Shown: piece by piece, positions 41,796 through 55,490 of the stretch
Numbering within the stretch: position 1 is the first letter of the stretch
How the letters are laid out: every line of letters starts with the position of its first letter
NCBI GenBank assembly: GCA_964016885.1
Contig: OZ024741.1
Span: 54,746,001-54,810,000 of the forward strand
Reading direction: 5' to 3'
Length of the DNA: 64,000 nucleotides
From: Eledone cirrhosa
Taxonomy: Eukaryota
Made by a program: the position numbers and the translations under genes
Notes under the pieces: generated by a model
What the model was told of the DNA's origin: nothing
The model's database searches: none
Seen by the model: the letters and a program-made list of their open reading frames with translations, nothing else

Positions 41796-42073
41796 AGATA
41801 GATAGATAGATAAATAGATAGATAGATAGATAGAGATATAAGGTTTGATTACAAAGGTCACCGAGAGAAACCACAGTTGAATAGGTTACTCAATAAGTTA
41901 GTAAAGAATAAACATATTTATTTTGTATAGAAATGACTTCTAGAAGTCATTTCTATAATTGAAATAATATTCTTGGTTATTTCATTCGAATACAACAGTT
42001 ATTGTCTCTCAGAAGTTATCTATATAGAGTGTATATATATATATATACACATATATATATATATAATTAGAAT

Positions 42074-42406
42074 TAGAAATAGAAGCTTTCGCCGTATTTT
42101 TTTACTAAAGAAAGTCTAGCCTGATAGTGGGATTTAGAACCCTCTAAGAAATGGAAAAAGATGAGTGTTGGCGTACATGGAGGTCGAACTCACATCTTTG
42201 CTTATGCAAACCGCTTTGCTACCATTACACCACACATCATGTGATGTGTTGGTTAATGGTAGCACTTTAGTCTGGATAACCAGAATGTGGGTTCGACCTC
42301 CATGTACGTCAATACTCATCTTTTTTCATTTCTTAGAGGGTTCTAAATCCCACTATCAGGCTAGACTTTCTTTAGTTAAAAAATACGGCGAAAGCTTCTA
42401 TTTCTA
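42074..42406. repeat. Inverted repeat formed by two head-to-head tRNA-like (Pol III A/B box) units
   Basis: TGGTGTAATGG and TGGTTAATGG A boxes, GTTCGACC B boxes, a T-run after each; arms are near-identical outside the tRNA-like part. Confidence 0.8.
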
Positions 42407-43521
42407 CTTTCATAACTCACTCGCTGTTTCAAAACAGATTTACTTGTCATATATATATGAATTGGATACTGGACGGACATAAAAATTATGAACAAACTTT
42501 CTACAGGATAAATACGCGGAACTAAAAACAACGATAAACCCCTATTTTTCTGCAGCAAATTGCATTTGCACAGAGGCCTTGAACGAACACCCCCTCACTT
42601 CATCAGATAACGATTTTTTATATCCACTTTAAATGGACAAAATTGACAATCATCTTAACCACTTATACCTTCATGTCCATACAGTTTACCTTCCTCGTAT
42701 ATGTTTCTCATATATATCTCCTATCTCATTTTGCATCTATGTATTTTTTTGTATTTTTTTGTATTTTATATTTTGTATTTTTTGTTTTGATTCATGTGAT
42801 AGAGATATTAACTATGTATTTGCCTAACTACTACGTTTCATACTGTAATTTACCCTCCGTTCTATTGTACAGTACTATCGTTCAATGTATGCATAATATA
42901 TCTGCAACATTGATCCCCCTTTCAAAACTTCTTACTATAATTTAAACATCTCCCTATTTATTAGTTATTATATGTACATATATTTTTTTACTTACTTCAA
43001 TCAAGATTTTAACTTCTAAAATTTTTTTTTAATTTTTGATTTTTAATTTTGGATTTTTAATTTTTAATTTTAATTTCTAATTCTCAATCATAATTTCCAC
43101 TGTGAAACCATAATACCTAGAAATAAGTATATATTCTCTTAGCGGGTGATGGTCAATTCTATTGTCCATGCTGAATTTAGGGGTAGTATTGAGACCATTG
43201 AAACTCATACTCTCCCACACCCACTAGCTTCAGGCCAACTGCCACTGGCAGGGTGACTAGCAGTAAACTATAACCGTGTCATATTACAGACCTGGATGGG
43301 GTGATTGTTTGGTTGAGAGAGGGAGACCTGCCTAGGCGAGTTTCGTAGAACTTTGGGGTATTTGATGGTCGACTTCCTTCGGACCTGCGCCTGCGCAGAC
43401 CGGTGGGTGTGAATTGGGACTCACAAGGGAACGGGTGAAGAATTCAAGAGCACACGCTTTGTCCGTTCCCATGTCGATTCAATTTGGATTGCCTCGGAAA
43501 CATAACCTTATTATGTAAGAA

Positions 43522-43596
43522 GCTGTCTGATGATGTCACGGCACTGGGCACACCGAAGCGTGTGGTCACTGTCGTCATTGAAATATGTATCACAGC
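43522..43596 (+). ncRNA. Type-I hammerhead motif with extended stem II
   Basis: GCTGT CTGATGA TGTCACGG...CACAC/GTGTG...CTGTCGTCATT GAA ATATGTAT C ACAGC. Confidence 0.72.
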
Positions 43597-43740
43597 ATAA
43601 TCATTAAAGAACTTTAACATCTGAAAGTACTTCGCTTTTTCTTATTCGATATATACTCCGTCACTCCTATGTGGAAAAAGTATGTTGATTTCTTGAATTG
43701 AATTGCATCAATATTTACCTTAAGTATATACATATATATG

Positions 43741-43941
<201 letters not shown>

Positions 43942-44144
43942 ATATACATGCAGTATATATATATGTGTGTGTGTGTGTGTGATACAGTAAATGAAAGTTG
44001 AAGAATCTGCTAATATTTTACCAAGGCGATTTAAGTTCAATGTGTTATTCAGGTTAGAATGTGCAAGGATCAAAGTTCAGATTGTAATTCAAAGGGTTAT
44101 GATACTGGTAGATGAAGACATGAAATTCACAGGGAATAAATAAC

Positions 44145-44860
44145 ACTCTGTAATACGTGTTTGTCCTTGGGTAGCAACTATTATTTCCTATTTACTCATG
44201 CCTAGCAAGTATGGAAAATGGCTAATATTTCCTTAAAACTTTGTTTTTATGGCCATGATAATGATATTTCTAGATTTACCTAATCCCATTGGGAAAACTG
44301 CCAAATGTGAACATTCTCGTTCTAGCAAAGTTGAAATTAAATGACATAGGATTAAAAAAAGTAACATTTATTTATTCTAAGATTAGAGAAAAAAACTTGG
44401 AAGGAAGTTGGTTTTCGGGATTTACGCTTAAGCTGCAAATTGCTTTCACGAATTAGCCCCCATATATGTTTCCATTATATGATTCTTGGTAGCGACGTTC
44501 AAAGTCAAGTATACCCTCTTCAGAGTATGCTCGCATGATACCCTTGAATTAAATAAGATGAGCGTCAAGGATATGTACTTTGAGGGACATCCAGCAACCT
44601 GTTTTGCCGAAGTTCTTTACCAGGGTCTCAACAAGCTCCACATAATGTTCGCCCTTGTGATTCCCCATGAAGCCCCGAACCACTGCAACAAAGTTGTTCT
44701 ACGCTGCCTCCTCTGTCTTAGTGAGCTTCTTACAGAATTCTTTGCACTCCGTGATCTTCCTTATTTGTGGTCCGACGAAGACACCGGCTTTCACGTTTGC
44801 CTTAGACAACTTAGGGAAGAAGTGACGAAGGTACTAGAAGGCTGCCGAGTCCTTATCTAG
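44145..44860 (-). mobile_element. DNA transposon remnant, probably Chapaev3-like transposase C-terminus
   Basis: KAGVFVGPQIRK...A*NNFVAVVRGFMGNHKGEHYVELV...GCWMSLKVHILDAHL; superfamily assignment is from memory. Confidence 0.6.
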
Positions 44861-45192
44861 AGTTGTGTCAGACTGTTTCATAAGGCCAATTTTAAGTGAA
44901 TTGGTGGGAACAATACCTTCCAGGGATCAACCAGTGGCTATCCAAATCCCAAATGCAAAGTTAGAGGAGAATAATAGTCTTTTCCTGTGCTTTCTATGCA
45001 GAAGAAAGCAGGAAATAGCACTTATTGACCAAAGACATAGTGTAATCAATTCAGAAGAAATACTAAAGTATCTATTCAATTACAATCATTTATTTCTACA
45101 ATCGTTTCTATAAGGATAACTGTAGTACCACTCAAATGAATTAATTAATCAGTCAATCAATTAATTATTCGTATGGCACAAAAACATCCCCA

Positions 45193-46357
45193 CTTAAAAT
45201 ACATATAACTTCAATCATTTCATCAGAAACTGATGAAATACAATACATCAACAAACCTAATTCGCAGCCCATACATAACAATCTTCAAAATCGTATAGTA
45301 GAACCGGCGCATAGGAAAGCATTTCTATGCAATTGCCACTTACCTGACAAATGCCCTCTACTAAACAGATGCCTGGGAAAAAATGCAGTATACTTGTGTA
45401 CTATCAACTCAGGTAGCTTGGCATGGTATTACATTGGTTCCACAGCTGGTGTTTTTAAAAAACGGTGGTACGTGCACCGACATTCTATCATTAATAAGAA
45501 TCAATCAAATACAACAACTCTTGCCAACAAAATATAGCAACTCAGGAATGCAGGCATTGAATACGTGATCAGTTGCAAAATACTGTCAATGCTAAGGCCT
45601 ATCAAACTGGTATGTCCCATTGTAGGCTCTGTAATATGGAGCTCTTCCAAACTCTTAATTTTAGTAAAACCCTTCTTAACAGCAGAATTGAACGAACTAT
45701 CTTTTGCCGGCATAAAACGAAATTCCTGAACTTTAGACCAACTTAACTCCATTTTCTACTCCTTATTCCTTTTTATACCTTTAGCACCTATTACGATATC
45801 AAATTATCACAAATAATTACAAAAGAATAACTTCAGAACATTTGTATTTACATCATTATTTTTATTAAGGTGAATTGGCAGTATCGGTAGAGGCTTAGAT
45901 TATGCTTTCCAGCATAGTTACGGTCCTTGCCATTCTGAGTTCAATTCCCGCCGAGGTTAACTTTGCCTTTCATCCTTACGGGGTCGATAAAATAAACTAT
46001 CAGTAATGCACTGGGTAATTGCTGGCCTTGTGCCTAAAGTAGAAACAATTATTTTTATTAAGGTTAACTTTGGTTTTCCTCCTTATGGGGTTGATAAAAT
46101 AAAGTACCAATAATGCACTGGGATAATTGCTGGCCGTGTGCCAACAGTAGAAACAATTATTTTTATTTTATTTGTATTTACATCATTTATTATCTTATAT
46201 ATCTAGATCTTTCACCATTTGTCTTTGCATTTCTCCACTTAAACATATTTCATCTCGATCATTTTATCCTATCATGTAATACATCTCAAACTAGCTATTT
46301 TACCTATTTAAATATCCAATTATTTATTTATTTATTATTTATTATTTATTATTTATT

Positions 46358-46390
<33 letters not shown>

Positions 46391-47012
46391 TTCACATCTC
46401 TACGTTTCACTTATTATACTATTTTATATAATAATAGATGTAAATTGTTTATTTTTTCACCTATTTATTTATTTATTTATCTATCATTTCATTCTATTTA
46501 TGCATTTATTTATTTATTTATCTCTATGCTTAAATCTATATCTCTTATTTGTTTTCATCCCTCCAGTAATGTATATTTTTCCGTCTGTTTATTTTCTTTT
46601 TTCTTTCCTTCATATCCCGTATTCATGATTAATTTTTATCCCTCTCTGCTTCCTCCTCCCCCTTAATCTTCCTCTATTTCTTTCTCATTTTCCTTACTCA
46701 TCCTTCTTCTCTGCCTGTGCTATATCCCACCTTCTTTCTTTCTATCTATATCTTTATTATTAATATTATATTTATTTTGATGTGATAGTTTGATTTCGTA
46801 ACTTTGCCGGTTATACATTTAACTATATCTTCGTTCCTTCTTTCGTCATTTTCTTTCTTTGTCTCCCATTTCCATCTGTCCCCCTTCCTTTATTTCTTTA
46901 TCATTAATACTATTATTGATGTAGTAATTTGAATTTTTAAGTTTACTGTTACGCAAGTATTTTATATTTCATCAGTTTCTGATGAAATGACTGATGTTAT
47001 ATGTATTTTAAA
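45193..47012 (+). mobile_element. Penelope-like 3' fragment (GIY-YIG and AT-rich UTR) bracketed by ~48-bp inverted repeats; not shown in the ORF track
   Basis: 45322-45735 translates CNCHLPDKCPLLNRCLGKNAVYLCTI...YYIGSTAGVFKKRWYVH...CRLCNME...LLNSRIE...CRHKTKF; 45193-45240 is the reverse complement of 46965-47012. Confidence 0.8.
45869..46048 (+). mobile_element. tRNA-derived SINE with TSD, followed by a second partial copy to ~46157
   Basis: ATTATTTTTATTAAGG-like duplication on both flanks. Confidence 0.88.
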
Positions 47013-48414
47013 TTGAATTATGCTGTCTCCAGTGTTTAGCAATTTATAGACAACTCTATCATGGAAACAATTGTTAGACTGTAAATAAATCTCCTTGCCT
47101 GTACTGTTGACCATGTTATTCTTCACTTTTATATATATATATATATATCCCAAACGTGTTTCTTTAATTATGGTCGAGTGTTCTATATTGGTGAAGTGTC
47201 ATGCTGCTATATCAAGCCTTACCGCGAACACCAGCCACTCCGCCTCAGCTGCTGTCATTTGCTGATCGACTCGCAATTAATTCCAGACGTAGGATACCGG
47301 CAACGGCTTGAAAATTTAGTAGTAATGTCGATTTTCGGAAACCCCTCAAAGGCTTCTGGCCGATGAGAATCCTTTTGTCCGGAATTTGCTGGATGTGGAT
47401 TTCTTATTAATCAATGACCAGCGGATTCTTCACAGAATTTGAAACAGTACTGTACCAGTTCAGAAATTGACTTTTGTACCTAGGCGGATTTTTGTGTGCT
47501 AAACTAGGAGGATACTGTCGATTTCAACTGATGAAATTGTGAGTGCTTTAATGTTTTCATATGTTAAACTGCTGCTACAATAATTATACTGTTTTCATAG
47601 CTTAGGCTTCTGGTTGGGAATGTTATCTTACAATTAATCGTATGCGTGTGCTCCAAATGAATTTGTTGAGCAGATTGTAAATAACAAGATTGAAATCACC
47701 GGATATCGTTTTAAAGCTTTATTTTATATATGTAACAGTGAGTGAGAGAATTCCCTCTCTCTGGTTAACTATATATTATAATTTGACCTGGATGGAGCTG
47801 AAAATATATTAGGTAGGAAACCCTCAAACCCACCGTTTGTCTGTCTTGCCCACAACTATCACCCTTCTCCAATCTATGTATTGCGTTTGATAATTGTGTC
47901 ATGCTTTCACTCGCCTTGCTATTTCGTTTATGAATCATTAAGCTGTGTCGTGACTTTCTTAATTGAACATCGGTCATTTATTGGACAAATTGTGATTGAT
48001 TGTATTGTAACAACTGAGTACATATTGTTATGCTGTTCATTAATATACTATCCCATTATCTCGTTAAATATTCGCGGCCATTTATTGGCCACAAACTAAC
48101 ACAGACACAAATACTTTGCAGCTAGTTGAGAAAATACGAGAGTTAAAATACATTAAAATTGATGAGGTGGTCAAATTTGATTGTTAGTGTTTTTACAGTC
48201 TTGTTGCCTAGGCACTGTGTGTATCGTTTTTGTTCACTGTGTTACAAAATATTACATTATACCCTAAATGTACGTTTATGTGTATGTTTATACGTGTATA
48301 ATTTGTATACTAAATGGTCATTAATTGTGAAGCCTAGATAGCACCGCTGAAGCATACATAGTACCGGTGAAGCATGGGATAGTACCGGTGCTTAAACAAC
48401 AAATGTTAATGCTG

Positions 48415-48528
48415 AAGATGATGATGATGATGATGACGATGATGATGATGATGACGATGATGTTGATGATGATGATGATGATGTTGATGATGTTGATGAT
48501 GATGATGATAGTGGTGGTGGTGATGATA

Positions 48529-48564
<36 letters not shown>

Positions 48565-48644
48565 GTGGTGGGGATGGCGGTGATGATGGTGGTGGTGATG
48601 ATGATGATGATGATGATGCTGCTGATGATGATGATGATGATGAA

Positions 48645-48677
<33 letters not shown>

Positions 48678-48717
48678 GATGATGATGCTGATGATGATGA
48701 TGATGAGGAGGAGGAGG

Positions 48718-48748
<31 letters not shown>

Positions 48749-48776
48749 GGAGGAGGAGGAGGAGGAGGAGGAGGAT
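48415..48776. repeat. (ATG)n/(GTG)n/(GAG)n trinucleotide array
   Basis: Direct inspection. Confidence 0.95.
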
Positions 48777-49274
48777 GCATTGTAACAAAAAATAAATGTT
48801 GAGGTCACATTTAAGTGTACAACTAAGACATTAGCAACTCCGATACTGCTTTCCTAACCACTACAATTTACAAAAATTCAAAAGCAACGTCAATCATCAT
48901 CGCTCTTCTTGAATTATGTCCTCATTGTCTTGTCATTTTTTTCTTCTAAGTAACCTCTTGCATTTTAATGGTTTTATTGTCTTTCTTCGGGTGAGTAGAT
49001 TAAAAAGAAACAGCAATAATGAAACAACAATAACAACAAAACCACAATAATAACAGAACATATAACAATAAGATATGTGTCAGGCCACCTACTAGGGTCA
49101 TTACAATCGATAAAAACGTACTTTTGGTGGTGTTTTTCTTTGGCCATTATCCAGTTACTGAATACGATAGTTTCTTTCCTGTCCTAGCATTTCTAATGAT
49201 CCATTTGTAAAAGTATTTTTATGTTGATGTGATGGAGATGTTTCTGTTGACGTACCGTTCCGTCTGATAATTAT

Positions 49275-49589
49275 ACTTTCTCCAGCCGCAACCTGGTGCA
49301 GTCTGCGACTAACCCAGGTTCTGCTGCACGTCGGGCTGAGGAGGCCAAATTCTTCAAATACCGGTCGCTCTTCGACAGGTTTGCGGTTGTACCCTTGTCA
49401 GTGGAGACTTCTGGTCTCCTCGGCCCTAGGGCTACCTCCCTACTCACCACCATAGGCGCTGAGCTGGCCAGTCGCAAGTGTGAGCCTCGCAAGCTTGTAT
49501 GGCTTTTCCAGCGCGTCTCCATTGCTGTCCTCCGGGGAAACGCCTACTCCATTCTGTCCGCCGGGGCTGTGGAGAGGCCCCCAGTATGA
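49275..49589 (+). mobile_element. CRE-clade non-LTR retrotransposon, C-terminal RLE fragment
   Basis: AARRAEEAKFFKY...VPLSVETSGLLG...WLFQRVSIAVLRGNA. Confidence 0.8.
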
Positions 49590-51221
49590 TTGACTGACTT
49601 GTCATTTTATCAATCAGATGTTTTTAGACATCACCCAGTTAAATCATTTTAGAAATTATATGCCTGGTACCATTTGCTTTTCGATGAGAAACGTGATACG
49701 ACGTGCTATGTGAATTGAGATTCAAAGAGTTGAAAGAGATACTGCAAGGAATTTCGTCCGATGCGCAAAGAATTCTGCCGATGAGCCGTGCCCGAAATGA
49801 ATTATAGGTAAAATTGACCTCCGTAGGATAGGAACTAGATAGTCGGAATTATATTTTATCCAATGATTTAATGTCTCTTCTAATTCGCCATCTTCAGAAA
49901 TAAATATTTCTTACATTGGCAAGCAACTGGAAAGTGGATTATATTGACCGCACTTCTTAACTGGTACTTCATTTTATCGACTACGGAAGAATGAAGGCAA
50001 AGTTGACCTCGGAGGGATTTTAATTTTGAACGTAGAACGTTGTAACTAAATAGCACGAAGAATGTTGTCAAACACTCAACTGGTACTACTAATCCACCGC
50101 CCTCAAAAAAATGTTTAAAATAATAAATTAATATGTATAAAAAACTAAATCAATTTAAATACCCATTTCAGATCGGCATGAAATAGAGCTAGAACTCCTC
50201 TTCACTTTCGTATAGTATCAAATATGCTGAAGTGGGGAATTAACTAATGTGGTTGTAGCTCAATAAACATGAGTAATCTGTTTCATTTCAGATGCATAAT
50301 AAACATATTTCTACTGAAAGCTATTGTCTATGATTTTCAAACAATTTTGAAATAATCAAACATTTGGAAACATTTAGTAGATTAACTGACTTTCACATTA
50401 TTAAACTATTTTTGAAATATATCTTAACAAAAGATTTGATATAAAATTATGATAGATGAATATAGACATTTAAAAATAATCCGCTTAATATCGTTAACTA
50501 ATGGATAAGGGTTAAATCGAATGATATTTTAAAATTCAAATAAAAATCAGTGTCTGGGGAGTATTTTACGATCTGTGTGGACAAACGTCAATTCAAAGCT
50601 TCCCATACACAGCATATGTTCAGCATATTTTTCCACGAAATGGCCCTTACTAGTCGTTTGAATCCTTGTTAGTTCACGGCATAGAAGTCTGTTTAAATCC
50701 GTTAAGCGCAAGTCATTTAATTATTTCTACTAGCAGAAAAATTACCTTTCACGTGGTTTTCTGCTAGTGTACATATTGATATTGTATGCAAATATATATG
50801 CATGTATATATGATACGTCAAATAAAATTGTAATTGAGAATATGTACAGAAATTGAAGAGAGACTGTGTTACACTCTGTTCTGTAATCAGTAAATTAATC
50901 CACGATACATTTAGAAAAGACGATATTACATATAAACTGCATTGCGGTGAAATGTAATGAAAACGAACAAGAAGAAAATTAGCGACAGAAATATAAACTT
51001 TATATAACGATGCAAATATATGAACGTTTATATAAGCGATGTAATTAGTGTTATGTTATAACGGACGCTAACCGGAAGTGTAGACATTTGAAAATTTTAA
51101 AAGAATTGAATCTTAAAATAAGCAATCATTATATATAAGAATATTTATGTTTAATCAACAGCTACGAAATTTAGTACATAAATTATGTATATAAATTAGT
51201 ATATAAATTATTTATTCAAAG

Positions 51222-51407
51222 ACGGTGGTGGATTGGCAGTATCGGTAGAGAGTCGGACGCCATGCTTTCCAGCATAGTTACGTCCCTTTACGGTCTGAGT
51301 TCAAATCCCGCCGAGGTTTACTTTGCCTTTCATCCTTACGGGGTCGATAAAATAAAGTACCAGTAATGCACTGGGTAATTGCTGGCGCTTGTGCCTAAAC
51401 TAGAAAC
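51222..51407 (+). mobile_element. Full-length tRNA-derived SINE with a 16-bp TSD
   Basis: AATTATTTATTCAAAG at 51206-51221 and 51408-51423; A and B boxes intact. Confidence 0.93.
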
Positions 51408-52039
51408 AATTATTTATTCAAAGTAATTTAACTTATTTTACTAACAGGATAAAAAAATATATTCAGGACACACTCCCGCACTCCTCCCTTTATTAGATTA
51501 TGATTATTCAAGGTTTGTAATTTTGGCCGTCAGTCAGAGGTTCGTTTCATGTTCGAAGCTGATACTAGATTTCACTACAGTGAACAATCGATCGTTGACA
51601 GATCGATCAGTAGTGAGTGTAGTGTTCAGATGAATAAGCAGCCGTCACGAAGAAAGACAACCTTTAGTGAAGCTCACCGCCGTTCAGTTGCGGTACATTT
51701 TAGAGCCACAAGCCTGTTTTAACCAAAAATACCTATAATCAAAGGTATTCCAGCCATCATCATTTCGGCCTTCTCTCGATTATTGTCTATCTAAAAGGTA
51801 TGTTGATGTATACGTCCCTTTTCGAGACGGTGAGATGCATTTTGTGTGGAATTTGGCCGCTGTTTGTAAAATGTCCGGAGATCTTTTATGGGTTCCCTTG
51901 AGTCCGTGGTTTTATATGACAGCGGTAACGATAGAAGTTACAGATCTAGAATGACCTCAAAGTCCATAGACCTTTTATGGGTTCCCTTCAGCAAACCCTG
52001 TAGCTTTACGTGAGTTGTATAATATTTGTTTTCACTATA

Positions 52040-52262
52040 ACGTACTGTGGCTCAATATAACGTAGTGTGAGTCAGTATAAGGTAGTGTGATGCAATTAAA
52101 CGTAGTGTGGTGTAATGTAATGTAGTGGTGTGTAGTTTAATGCAAGGTGGTGTAGTATAAGGCAGAGTGTTGTAGTGTGGTATTGTGTAATATAGTGTGG
52201 TGCAATTTGAACGTAATGTGTTACAGTGTAGTGTTGTTTTGCGCTGCGCGGCGCGGCGCAAT
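52040..52262. repeat. Degenerate pentanucleotide (TAGTG-like) repeat
   Basis: Period-5 GTAGT/GTGGT/GTAAT units. Confidence 0.8.
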
Positions 52263-53055
52263 AAAATGCAGTTAGTATAGAATGGTCCATTTGGTAAAAT
52301 GGCAGCATTAGCATGAGTTTAGAGTTTACTATGGAAGACTAGAAATGAAGTAGTTAACAATGAGGTACACAATTACTATAACAAAGGAGCATGTGCAAGT
52401 ATAATAGCGAAGAAAAGACGAAATATGTGAGGGTGTCGATGCTGCTATTGGTTACATTAACCTATTTATGTCCATATTTCTAATGTAATAAACTGCCAGT
52501 GTTCGATTAATTTTGAAACTAATTAAGAATGTTGAAGGTTATAGTTAAAAAAAACATTTTTCCATTATTAATTGGTATATTGGACTGAAGTTTAGAACAT
52601 CATTCAACAAAAAGGTTCTTACATAAAATTACAATAGAAGGTTTTAATTTAAATATGAACACTTTAAAAATGAAAGCGGTCTCGGGTGGGTTAGTGTTAA
52701 AGAATTCACAGGATGATTTGTGAACTTCTTTACTTTTTTATGGTGGGGAATGCTGAAGAGGCAATTGTGTATCAAAAAGGTTTCTCTGTGTAGCACTAGC
52801 ATCATATTCCGTTGGTGAATTTTGTGTATAACTAAATATGGTATAAACTTAAAAGACAAATATTCACACACATACGCACACACGTAGACACACACATACA
52901 TACCTTTATATACATATATATACAACTATATATATACACACATACGCACACACGCACACATACATACCTTTATATACATTATATATACAAATATATATAT
53001 ACACACACACTCACACACACTCATATATATATATATATATGTGCGTGTGTGTGTG

Positions 53056-53115
<60 letters not shown>

Positions 53116-53173
53116 CACACGCACACACACACACATATATATAGGTGTGTGAGTATGTGTGTATATATATAGT

Positions 53174-53215
<42 letters not shown>

Positions 53216-53322
53216 GTTCTACAACTAATTGTAAACTGCTGTAGGAAAAAAACGACGCTAATTATGTTTTCATTGATTTCGTATTAATTTTATATTTAGT
53301 TAAAACAAGCGAATGTAACTGT

Positions 53323-53408
<86 letters not shown>

Positions 53409-53838
53409 ATGTGTGTGTGCATATGTGTGTGCATATGTGTGTATGTGGGCGGTTTTTTTTTTTTTTTTTTCGATTATATATTTTTAGCTGACTTTGTAGG
53501 TAGTTTTTCATTTTCAAAAATTTCGTACGTTTTGACTGGGAGAAGGGCTTTGGTAAACAAATTATTTTCTGTTGGCAAGCTATCTACACGTACATACATA
53601 CATACATACATACATACATACATACATACATACATACATACATACATACATACATACATACATACATACATACGTACATACATTACAGACAGACAGAGAG
53701 GCAGGCAGACAGGCATATATACATACATATATACATACATACATACAAACATACATACAGACAGATAGGCAGGCAGACATACATACATACATACATACAT
53801 ACATACATACATACATACATACATACATACGTAAATAC

Positions 53839-53913
<75 letters not shown>

Positions 53914-54030
53914 ATTTTTTGGGATACACGCTTAAAAATATTTTTATAACTGATATAAAGTACTCAACAAATTATTGGAGTAAATATACAATATATTAAC
54001 AAATGGAAACTATATTTATAAAACCATATT

Positions 54031-54096
54031 TATTTTACTATACATATTTCAAGGGCCACCAAGGCAAATTATGGTGCGCTTTCATCAGATAAAATA
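54031..54096 (-). ncRNA. Type-I hammerhead motif (family A)
   Basis: TATTTTAT CTGATGA AAGCGCACCATAATTTGCCTTGGTGGCCCTT GAA ATATGTAT A GTAAAATA. Confidence 0.7.
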
Positions 54097-54164
54097 CAAT
54101 ATAAATTTGTTTTATAAATAAATATTGACATACCCTGAAAAAAGACAACCTTAACGGTTGGAGC

Positions 54165-54204
<40 letters not shown>

Positions 54205-54210
54205 GAGAGG

Positions 54211-54256
<46 letters not shown>

Positions 54257-54380
54257 TCTATGTATATATATACAATAACCATCCATCCAATTAGCCATCT
54301 ACACATTCGTCAATCTGACTCACACGCCCACACATATACTTACATATATCTATCTACCTATCTATCTATCTATCTATTTA

Positions 54381-54897
54381 TGATCAAACCGCCACCCTCC
54401 TCCAAAAACTAAGGAGAGGCGGTTTTCCTTTGTGTGATAGCTATGGCGAAAGAGGTTGTATGGTGGACAAGGTTGAAAGGGCTGAGGTCAGACATCTTTC
54501 TCTCCGGCCAACAACTGATTCTTTTTTTCAAATACCACTTTGGAAGAAGAGTCAGGATGGAGAGAGAGGTGCTGTACCCCAGCAAGTTTTATGAAAGAGG
54601 GTGAAAGTGGCGAGAATGGCCCGAGTGAATGGCCTTCTCTCTATATCAGCCTGTAGGTTGAGGAAAAAGAGGAAGAGAGGAAAGGGGTACAAACTCTTCG
54701 TACTCCTGGAGATGAGGGCTGCACATTTTTTCGGGGGTATGTGTTACCCATATGGACTGTCTCCCCCTATTAGGGAAAATCGACTAATTTTTTTAATTGC
54801 ATTTGTGATAATATTTTACACGTTTTTATTGTATGTAAACTTCCCCCTTTGTATTTGTCCCCTTCTTTTCTGCCCCTGTGGCTAATAAAGAAACATA
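54381..54897 (+). mobile_element. 5'-truncated Tx1-like copy (sister subfamily) in (TCTA)n
   Basis: IKPPP...EAVFLCVIAMAKEVVWWTRLKGLRS...KVARMARVNG; TCTA repeats upstream and ATCTATTTATCT downstream. Confidence 0.88.
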
Positions 54898-55086
54898 TCT
54901 ATTTATCTCTCTCTCTCTCTTTCTCTCTCTCCTCCTCTCTCTCTCTCCCCCTCTCTCTCTCTATATATATATATACATATATATATATACATATGTATAT
55001 ATACAGTATATATATGCATATATATATATACATATGTATATATACCATATATATATATATATATACACACACATATGTATATATAT

Positions 55087-55125
<39 letters not shown>

Positions 55126-55194
55126 CATACATACATACATACATACATACATACATACATACATACATACATACATACATACATACATACATAG

Positions 55195-55238
<44 letters not shown>

Positions 55239-55490
55239 ATTGGAAGGAAAAAGAAAAATGATTTTATAGATCTATGCTTCCATTGGTCTGTCAATGTTTC
55301 AATTGCTGATAATATCTATGTATCATCATATATGACCATCCATCTACATGTATATCCACATATAATTCACACTTTCCCTCACACACATACACACTCTTTA
55401 ACTATCTATTCAACTATCTATCTATGTATATATATATATATATATATATGTCTGTGTGTGTGTGTGTGCGTATACACATACATACATACA

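Noticed and set aside
42169-42311. Bona fide tRNA genes
   Set aside because: Anticodon and T arms do not form a canonical cloverleaf; reported as tRNA-like instead
45215-45240. TTTCATCAGAAACTGATGAAA palindrome (also at 46967-46987) as a hammerhead
   Set aside because: CTGATGA and GAAA overlap with no intervening stem II; kept only as the inverted terminal repeat of the Penelope fragment
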